64,000 bases of DNA from Thalia democratica. Its lineage: Eukaryota. Location: positions 44,330,001-44,394,000 of the forward strand of contig OZ241833.1 in NCBI GenBank assembly GCA_965202585.1, written 5' to 3'. Made by a program: the position numbers and the translations under genes. Shown here one piece after another: positions 54,124 to 64,000 of the stretch. How positions within the stretch are numbered: the first letter of the stretch is position 1; every line of letters starts with the position of its first letter. Below the pieces are notes generated by a model, which was not told the DNA's origin, ran no database searches, and saw only the letters and a list, made by a program, of their open reading frames with translations.

Positions 54124-56437
54124 AAAGAAGAAAGATTCAATTTGAAAAACCTCAGTAAAATACAGACCGAATTGAACAGCAAAATATCCATCAAACTACT
54201 TATCACATTCATTTACTTTTTATTAGAACATTTTATTTAAGTCGGTCGCTTCACTTAATATATATACTAAAAGCTATACTTAATAGCTGCTACACAAACT
54301 TATTTCCAAATAAACAAACAATTAAATTTTTTTATAATTTTCTGTAAAAGAGTCGATTAGGTTTTCTAGTGCATATTCAAGTTACTGCTGTTGTATTAAA
54401 CGCTCAACTTTTTTTTATTTTCTGCTCTCTTTTCATTTTCTCTCAGCTTTATTTTCCTACAGAATCAAGTGTGCAAATATTTAATTACATTAATTTGTTC
54501 GTAGTTTTTTTATTTAAATGTAAATTACATATACACGTATTTCTTTAACTCACCTTAATAAAACGTTAAAGCTAAGATAAAATTCTCTTTATAAAAAAAT
54601 GCAAGTGTTTTTTTCAATTAGTCTTCAAGTGAGAATTTATAAATGATAAGTAAGCATTTGTAATTTAAAGTAATATAAATTTATATTAAATTTAAAAAAT
54701 AATAATTTTTACTTAAAATTACAGTTTACTAAACTGTGGCATGTAATATATCTCAATTTAAAATGCTGAAAGATGATAAAATGCTAAACTTAAGCAGAAA
54801 CTTACACTGGCTAGTAAAACTTACTAGTTTAAAGTTAACATTTGTAAATGATTTAAAAATAAGTTCTAAAATGAATAAAGTAAGAAAACAAGTTCAAAAT
54901 TAGAAAAGAAATACCTTTACAAATTTTTTTCCTTATTGAGTTTACTTTTTTTATATATAACATTTTAACCATACTATCACTTGTAAACAACTATAAAAGA
55001 TAAAGTTCACATACAAGCTATTTATAAACTTTATTTCCAAACAAACTAGTTAGCGTATGTTCCGAAAATTACCCAAATTAAGAAGCAGCTACGGTAGAAT
55101 TTAAGCAGCACAGTAGGAGCTAAATAAAATCTACTAAAATCCAAAAACCTCTCAGCCACAACCACATGTGCTTAGTGTATATATATGTATATAAGTATAT
55201 ATATGTTAACTTGGTAACTTTCTATATAGTGTGGCCTCAAGAAGCTTATACTCTAGATACTGGCCAATGACTTAATTCTAAAAAAGGCAGCCGACAACTG
55301 CATTATAACATGTAAACACTAATACTGTAAACCAGTTTATAACCGAAATAAATATTTTTACATGTAATTCACAACTGCATTTTAAAGAACTAATTACAAA
55401 TAAAAATTTGAAAATTTTTCAATCATAAAAAAACTATTGCTTTTAACATTGTTGCTGTCAGCATTGGACAGCGTAATGTAAAACAATTAAAACTTGTTTT
55501 TTTATTTTAAATGGAATCCGAAAAATAGTTTTGAATCCAGAGATAAAACAGAACAAACAACTTAAACAAAGGTATTTTTCATTTTTGTAGACATTTTTGT
55601 GTCGCATAAAACCTTAAAAACAGCTAAAATTAGTGAGTTTTTGGCTCTGATTAAAAACAATCCCAATATGCATGAACTAAGTTATATTTTCAAGTCAACG
55701 GTAAGATTTTTAAAACAAAAAGTTATTGTGTATCTATGATATCAAATGAGAAACTCAATGCTGAAATTGAAAACTTTTATAAGTTTGCAATAACTATTTT
55801 ATCAGTTATTTAATTTTAAACAGGATAAAAAAGTTTGATACATTAAAAACTTAAGTGGATAGGTTGAAAAATACTTTAACCTTCTTTTTTTTTGCATTTT
55901 ACACTTTATGAAAAAATGCTTGAAAAAATCAAAGCTTCAACGTTTGAAAACCTTATTTGATTTCAGAGCAAAAAAGATTCATCTTTTATCACAATAATAT
56001 AGTTAATTAAACGACAATAAAAATACAATCAAAATGTTTGGTCCGAGGACCCGAAGCACGAAGAACCTTTCGGTTACCGGGTCGCCAGCTCTTAGATACC
56101 TTTTAACGTCTTGTCCAGGACATTATATTAACATACATGAATTAATATACTAAGTTAAATTAGCAGTAACCATAGCAAAACACTTTTCTGTTTGTTTAAG
56201 AGTTTTTAATGCTTAAAACTTATCAGCTTCAATTAAGCAATTTAATATTCAGTTCTCAAAAAAAAATTATTGATTAATTTTCACAAAAGACATGTTTAAG
56301 CTTTGCTTTAATTGTTTTAAAAAGTAAAATTTAAGAAGTTTTAGCTCATTTGATAATAGGAGACCTATAAGCTAACTTTACCAATACTTAGTTAAGTATT
56401 TTTTATAGATTTTAAGAATACACTTATTAGTTTAAAT

Positions 56438-59400
56438 CAGGGGTCGGCAAACTGCGGCCCGCGGGCCAATTGCGGCCCGCGAAGGGTAAATCTGCGGCCT
56501 GCGAGCACGTTATTTTTTTGAATGGAATGCGGCCCGCGAAAGAAAATTTTGTGGCCCGCTGAGCAAAAATATCTTTCAAGTTAAATTTTTTTCGGTAACT
56601 CGATTTAATTTGATTAGTTTGGTTTTAAGTCTCTGTATAACATTTAAAAATAATTAGAAGAAATTACTGCTTTAGTTTAAAAATGTGAAAAAGACAAATT
56701 AGCATTTTAACAGGATATTTTTCTGAGTTTCATAATAACTTCTTTTTTACAACAGCAAGTAATTATCTGAAAAAAGAGTGTAAAGATTGCTTGAACTTAA
56801 TAAGTTAGTTATATAATATCTATTTATTAAATAAACTAAATGCAAGTGTTTTCCATTTTGTACAAAAGTAATTCACAGTAATTAACTAAAGTGTCATTTC
56901 TTTATAGCTTAGATATTCTTTTTCACTGTTTTTTATACCTAGTTATATAGAATTCTTTTATAGATTTTTTAATTTGTAAATGTTATATTTTAGTGTAAAA
57001 ACATTTAAAATAACATAGTAATAAGAAATAAGGTTTTTTTAATTTTTCTTTTGACACATTTTAATTTTTTAGAAGTTTTCTTTGCACTTAAATTAATTTA
57101 TATGTACACCAACTTAAAAAGTTGCTCATATTTTAAACCACTTTTTATTTAATACTTTAGTTAGTCTAAGTTTAGTTTATGCATAAGTATCTAACATTGT
57201 TGTTTCTACATGTATCATCTAAATTTGTACAGACACATTTAAAAGAGTATATATGATATAAATTCAAATAGATTTCGTTAGGTATACATTTTCATTTTTC
57301 AAACATTGTTTTTGTAAAACTAAGTTAACTTTTATGCCTTGCATATCAATACACACATTTGCTGATTTTTGGAGCTACCTAATTAATATAAACTAGACTT
57401 TGGGATGGTAAATTTATCAAGGTTGTACACTGTTAATCAAAATAGTTCAAATTCAAGCTAATAAACAACTAAACATTGACACACACTTAGACTATCGCTA
57501 TTTGTAGACTTCAAATCTCAAGCCAACTAAGTCATTTTATAGTTTTTGGCTAGAACTGTTTTTTGTATACAAAAATATCAGAAATGGTTTTGTTGACTTA
57601 GGCTGGCTTTTTGCTTGAAAAAGTGGCAAATTAAACTTATGATGTATGTTTTGCTCAATCCACAGTGTTAGTTTGAGTTATAATATATGTTAAATTTTAA
57701 GTCTTGCTGCTGATATAATTCAATATATTATTTATATTATTGTGTACATTTAAGTGTGAACAATCAGTGTTGCCAAAAAAACTTGAATCCCGGAAAAGCT
57801 TTGAACTTGAAATATAATGCTTAAAAGTTCTGGAAAAAAACTTGAATTTGTGATTTTTTGAATATACCTGGAATTTCAAACAATTTTTCAATGTAAAGTA
57901 ATGAAATTTCGATTCGACACAAAAAGTTTAGCAAATAAACATTTCTTTATTAAAAAATATACTAAAATAGCTTAACAGTGTTTTTTAATATTGATATATT
58001 TTTTAAGAAACATTATAAACTTTAATTAAACTTTATACTAAAATAAAAAGAAGGAGTTGTACTTCTAAAACCTTTGTATTGGTGCATTGCAGCTTTACTT
58101 GTAAAATTTCACCGATTGTTGTGCTTCGTGTTGGAACTAAATCAAGAAGTTCTACTAAAATGTCAAAGTTAGTAAAAACATCTCTGACAAAAATTCTCAG
58201 GTGAGCAATAGTTTTTCTATCAGTGTTCTTTTGTTAACATATTGATTAAAGTCTTAATTTGATTTATGCGACTTTATAACCTTAATGCATTTCCTAAATA
58301 CGACCTTTTGTTGTCATTGAAGAAATAAACAAAAAATTTTCATTACTACCAACATAAATTCTTTAAAAAAGTTTTCAATTATAAACGGTATCTCATTTTA
58401 AATAATAAATTTTGCTACTTTATAACTTTCCTTAACAATCTTTTTCTGATAATTCTGTAGTTACTAAAGATAATCTTGTGCTTTGTTGGAACTGATTTTG
58501 GTGATTTGTTTTTTTATCGTTTCTCGCAATAACTCTTAAATAGCTTTTTCTTTTTTGTAGCTCGTCTTATATTTTGCAATTAATAATTTTAAATGCAATA
58601 TTCTTATTGCAGATAAAGAATTGCTATAATGCTTAATAAAAAACAAGTTTTTCTATTCCGCTAATGATTCAATAAAGTTTAATACTTTTGTTAAAATTGT
58701 TTAAGAAACTTAATTGTCTATTCCAGCTGACTTGTAAGTTTTTTTGGCATGTAATTTATTTACTGTTAATAACTTTCGTTATTTCTTTATGCTGTGAACT
58801 TTGTTTTAACTGGGTTGCTACACAAACAGGCTATTTTAAAAACTTAAAAACTTAGGTTTGTGTGAAACTTTTATTTCAAACACTTTAAACGAATCTTTTA
58901 ATTTCCAGAATTGTCTTTATGATTGTAGTGTAGTTTACTAATTGTAGTTTTTTCTTGTTTTCTTACACTTTGTGTACTTTTTGAAGATGATGATATTTTA
59001 CTAGGTATTTAAGCTTAATTACCAACGATTTATTTTTTTTTCAACTTTTAATAAACTTAGGCTGGTTTGATACAACTCAGACATTTTTGCTTTCTAAGTG
59101 GCAACTATGTAAAAGACTAGTTACTAATAAGATATTTTATTTAAGTATTCGAGAATTAATTATGTTAAAGAATTTGTTCTAGCTTTCTGGAATACAAACA
59201 GGTATTAACCTTATAAGTTAACTAATTACTAAACTTTTTAATTAATGTAAACTGTTTAACACGCAAAAACATTTTTTTGAAGTAAATATTCTTAGAAATA
59301 TGAAAAAAGGGGTTAATAGTATGTCAAATATATAAAAGTAACCTATAAATTGTCTTTCAAATTTGTTTTTTATAAAGAGTTAGGTAGTTAGTAAAGTTAC

Positions 59401-59693
59401 AAAAGTATTAAGTTTAACTTATAAATGCTTCTGAAAGTACATAGTTATTAACACTTAAGTATATTAGTCAATGTAAATTTTTATTTAAATAAATGTTTAT
59501 TTAAATAAGCATTCTATGTATAGCTAAAAGTCATTTGAAATGATAAGGTGAATAAAAGTAAAACTTTTCTATCGTGTGACTAAAACTAAAACTAAAAGAT
59601 TATTCAAATTTCACTAAAACTAAAACTGCGGCCCGCGAGGACTTCGTAAACTTGAAATTTGGACCGCGACCACCAACTGCCTGCCGACCCCTG
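56438..59693 (-). mobile_element. Decayed hAT (Charlie/SPIN-like) DNA transposon, 3,256 bp
   Basis: TIRs caggggtcggcaaac (56438) and ctgccgacccctg (59681-59693); exact 8-bp TSD gtttaaat on both sides; subterminal tgcggcccgcg repeats; transposase relic on the minus strand. Confidence 0.92.
58102..58224 (-). pseudogene. hAT transposase relic (TDRKTIAHLRIFVRDVFTNFDILVELLDLVPTRSTTIGEIL)
   Basis: Hand translation resembles the Charlie/GTF2IRD2-type segment STD..AQL.IFVR..D.NF...EELL.LVP...TT.GE; flanking sequence carries stops. Confidence 0.75.
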
Positions 59694-61332
59694 GTTTAAA
59701 TGTTATATAATGGTAATGGCATAAATGCATTATATTTATCACTAATTGAAAATTAATAACTGCATATCAGTTATATTAATTATTAATCAAGCTTACTGCC
59801 TATATAAGAACATAGTGTTAGTTATGGAAAAGTTTAATGTAAATAATTTACAAGCCTAAATTGACTTCATTAAAGTTTTTTTTACAAATTATATTATCTA
59901 TTATTTAAGTCACATATAAATTCATTTCAAAGCTTTTATAAACATTTTGTTGTTAAATACTTTTTAAAATGAAATATTGCATTATAACATTGAGATCTTG
60001 AATGAAATTAAATTATAATTTTTCAAATAAAGTTTGTTTATACTTTTTTAATTATGCATGAGGAACTATAAAAATAACATGTCTTCTATGTACAGTTTTA
60101 TTATTTAATTTCATATCAATTTATTTAGACAAGTTATAGTTTGTGTTAGGTGTTTTGTATTTGTTACTGTTTTTATGCATCTGTAAAAATTTATCAATTC
60201 AGTTTGCTAACTAAAATTAAGTTTTAAAACTTACCTCGAGTTTTTTTTCTTTTAATATTAACAAAAAATTTGATAGTTTTGATCACTTTGCTTCAGAGAC
60301 CTTATGTCAGTTAAGATGCAATGTTTGTTTTAATCCGAGTTACTAATCGTTAGGATTTTATAGAATTAATAAAATAATTTCCAATTCGATCTACTTAAAT
60401 CCAAATCATTTCATTATATACTTTTGTTTCGTGTGTATGGTTATAACTGAAGATCTCTTAAGGGTAAACATTATTTTGTAGTGGAATCATTTTCTTTAAA
60501 TAAAAATGTTTGTGCTTATCATCTTCATCCAACTTAAGAACTCTAGCTGTTGAATTTAAAACCAAAATTACTGAAATTCAATATATCATTATAAGAATCA
60601 AGTCATTCCCTGAAATATTGCTCTACTCCAAACTACATATAACTCAATAAAATTTTCTTAGTTTATTTTATAAAAATAAAAACTATAAGTTATACGTTGT
60701 AAAAATAAAAATTAAAGCAACATTAAAATGGAAAAAGGAAGTTTGAACCCTTTTATCTTAACTAGAAATTGCTGTAGTAGGAACTTATGGGTAGAATTTT
60801 TGAAAATGTGAATAAATTTTTAGAGTATTGTTTTGAACGGGTTGCCCTTGTGTCTTTTGTTTTCTTTCGTTTTTTATTTTTAACTTTAATTTGTTTTAAA
60901 ATGATATGCCCATATAAACTGTTTATGCTTGTTTTTGTGATCGTTGTAACTGATTTATCGTTGTTTACGCTTCAGAAGTTGTAACTTAAGTCTGACAAAT
61001 AAAACTACTTATAGTTTTACTAAAAAGTATGTATAAAATTTTAGTTGGTAGTAAACGCGATGAAGAATTTGACCGTTTTTAATAATTATCAAACTAAACA
61101 TATATAAACTAGTAAAAAAAAACATTATAAAGCAATTATGTTCAGTGTTTTTAACAACTTTATTCCAATAAAATAAGTTCGACAAAAAGTAACAAGATTG
61201 ATATTATTTAATTGTGATTTTCCAACAGCTAAATAAAACAAAGTTTCAAGTGCGTGTAAACTTTACACTTTTATAAATACAAAAATCGCAACTACTTCAT
61301 CTTTTTATCTTACACAGAGATTTAAAGTTAGA

Positions 61333-61803
61333 ATGGTACAAAGAGACTATCGACCGAAACGAGGTTTACCGCCGGCGCGCATCCGGGAATTTCGAACGTT
61401 CCGCGTGACTGAACACGGGACGCGTAATTGCAGAATTTGCATTGAGGATGTGTAAGTCGGGACAATCGTGACGAGACCGGACTGCGATGGAGAACATGTA
61501 TTCTGTAAAAAGCGCATCGAAGAGCGATTCAAGGAGACCACCACATGCCCTCTGTGCAGGTACCAATTCGATACCAGGAACGTGGAGGGAGACTTTGCAG
61601 ATCACGATGACAGATCTTACAGACATGTTTGCGTTCCCTATTTGAATGCCGATGTTGTGGATCAATACGTGAATGCTGGACAAGATGTTGGTCCCGGTTG
61701 GACCGATGGTGCTTGTTATGTTTGTGCAGCGCTTTCGCCTGCATATCCATTTATATCATGTATAGATAACAATATAAAATTGATTACCAATCAATTTTTT
61801 TAA
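61333..61803 (+). pseudogene. Intronless RING-finger E3-ligase-like pseudogene
   Basis: ATG at 61333; CRICIEDV*VGTIVTRPDCDGEHVFCKKRIEERFKETTTCPLCR; in-frame TAA at 61453; the expected ligand Cys in HVFCxxC is Arg (CGC). Confidence 0.72.
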
Positions 61804-62904
61804 TTCTTTTATTGTGTTTTATAGTGATTTTCGTTGCTTTTACTCGCGATGAGGCAGAAAAATAAATAAACTCGTGTAAAAGAGGATTGTGTGTATAACT
61901 TTAAAAGAAAAAAGCTTAGTATTTTTTCATGGCCAAAATTTAAAATTAATTATTTAAACATTCTGTAATAACTTTCTTTGAAAGTTTGGTCATAAAAAAG
62001 GTAGCCCGTTTGAAATTGTAAAAAGGTTTACTTGTTTTTTACAATTAAAAAATATACTTTTAGCCTTAATTTTTTTTTTTAGTTTCAAACACAGAGTTTG
62101 ATTTCAGCACAACTAAAAATTGAACTTTTTTTTTTGTAAATCCTAAAGTAAAAACATTATACTAAGAGTTACAAAATTATTCAATATTTTTTTAAACTTT
62201 TATTACTATTTAAAGATACTCCGGTCAGCAGTAGCTAATAACTTTACAATAACATGTTAATTACGTCAAAAAAAGTTTCTGTTGATGTTAAAAATAAACA
62301 CAAATTCGCGATTACGCAGTTAGCTAGAATCGCGCTGGGCTTGGAACTAAATTTCGCACAAATCAAAGGGTTGCGGTTCATTAAAAAAGTATATCAACAA
62401 AATTTTTAAACTAGGCCAAAAAGTGTTACTTAGTGAGAATAACTTTTGATTAAGTGTTGTTTTTGAACTAGTAAGTACCATTTTACTTAAAAAATTCCAA
62501 TATAATCACTAAAGTTTTGTTTTACTTAGTTTATTGTATATAATAATGTTGTGTGAGGCTTTTGTGTTATGTTGTCGTATAACAATATTGTGTTTCTACT
62601 TGAACATTTATATTATTTAATTATGTGTCAACCAACTGGGTTTAAACCTTAAAAAGTTCAATTCAGAGAGTTTTCAAAATCATTTTTAGACAACTACACC
62701 ACCTTGCAATCTATTATTTTATCATAAAATGGTGTTTTAATATTTTTGTTTAAGTTCTTTTATTTTTGTATATATGTTGGCCACAAAATAGATTCATGAT
62801 TTTTTGAAACTTTCAACTCAAAGAGATTTCAAAACCATTTGTAGAATCCCTGCACCATCAGGCAAACATTTATATAAAATTTAAAGGTATTTTAATTACA
62901 TTTT

Positions 62905-63432
62905 ATAAGTCTAAACAGTTTTTTAATGAAATTTCAATTTTATAGATTAAATTACTTGAAAAAGTATATTTTTATTATAAGTAGATATATAAACGTAAAG
63001 AGTTTTAAATTTAAAAGAAAAATTTGTAAAAACTCAATTTATACTAACATTTTAATCAAAATTGAAATTCTCTTTAATTTTTATTAAAATGTTATGAACT
63101 TACAAATTGTACATCAAAATTCAAATCTGTTATTTAAAACAAAAATATTATAGACATAACTAACATACTCTATAAAAAATTAACTTTTTTATCAGAAAAC
63201 AATACTATAAAATAATAAAAACTAGAATAAATTTTTATAAAGATATTTTTTAATTTAATTGCATAAGTCTAAACATTTTTTAGTGAAATTTCAATTTTTA
63301 TAGATTAAATTACTTGAAAAAAAGAATTTACAATAAGTAGATACATAATTGTAAAGAGTTTAAAATTTAAAATAAAAATTTGTAAGAACTCCATCTATAC
63401 TAACATTTAATTCAAAATTTAAATTCTCTTTA
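62905..63432. repeat. Two AT-rich direct repeats of about 170 bp (62905-63076 and 63263-63432)
   Basis: Both run from ataagtctaaaca to aaattctcttta with scattered mismatches. Confidence 0.8.
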
Positions 63433-64000
63433 TAAAAATTTATTCTAGTTTTAATTAGTATAATACTGTTTACTGATAAAAAAGACTTTTTTTATAGAGT
63501 AAGTTAGTTATGTCTGTAATATTTTTGTTTTAGATAACAGATTTGAATTTAATATACAACTTGTAAGCTAATAACTTTTTCCTGGTTCTTTTAGTTTCAA
63601 TTTATCTAAATTTAATACATTATAACAAATAAAAAATATAACGTTTTTCTACTACTATTTATATGTCTTTTTAAGCAGAAAAAAAAAGCATTTTAAACAC
63701 AGGGTTTTTCGGGTAAATATTGCGTACTTAAATGGCAGTGCATACCTAAGAAATGCGTACTTAAGCGGCAAATTAGAAACAAAAAAATATGTCTCTTTGA
63801 AAAAGTCTAGACAGGCCCCTGATTAAAACAACGCAAATCGAAACAAATCTATTGAGCTTGATTGTAGTTAAAAATTTACAAAACTTAAGTTTTTTCAACA
63901 CAGCGTTAAGGTTAGTATTAGTTGTTAATGACTAAAGTGCAGTATGTTGCTAGGCATTTTTGTCGCCTGCGTCTTTAAGAACCTTAAGTAGGTATACTAA

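Noticed and set aside
60787-60984. Hydrophobic 65-aa ORF
   Set aside because: T-rich non-coding composition and no supporting signals
61366-61750. Minus-strand ORFs overlapping the RING pseudogene
   Set aside because: Antisense shadows of a GC-rich frame; the RING motif is on the plus strand
63695-63830. cagggtttt... with repeated tgcgtacttaa, resembling a MITE terminus
   Set aside because: No matching second terminus or TSD identifiable within the window

Overview
Very AT-rich animal DNA, most likely an invertebrate chordate such as a tunicate (inference from the MMVNRTTE microexon and vertebrate-like intron positions). About 53 kb (1219-54123, + strand) is one canonical ankyrin gene of the ANK1/2/3 family. 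I reconstructed it by hand as about 48 exons with consistent phases: two candidate alternative first exons, 24 ANK repeats, linker, ZU5-ZU5-UPA, a 13.2-kb in-frame skippable giant exon, a death domain and an acidic tail (about 1,700 aa without and about 6,100 aa with the giant exon). The ORF track mostly misses this gene. Downstream lie a 3.26-kb decayed hAT/Charlie transposon with intact TIRs and an 8-bp TSD, and an intronless RING-finger pseudogene. The most unusual signal is a set of at least 9 exon edges whose terminal 20-55 nt plus splice site are re-copied 1-5 times into the adjacent intron ('splice-junction echoes'). These intronic copies differ from the exon mainly at third codon positions, often synonymously, and usually diverge more with distance from the exon. 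This co-occurs with a sharp GC-rich/AT-rich mosaic among exons and within the giant exon. All alignments and counts were done by eye; human ankyrin comparisons are from memory and need database confirmation.
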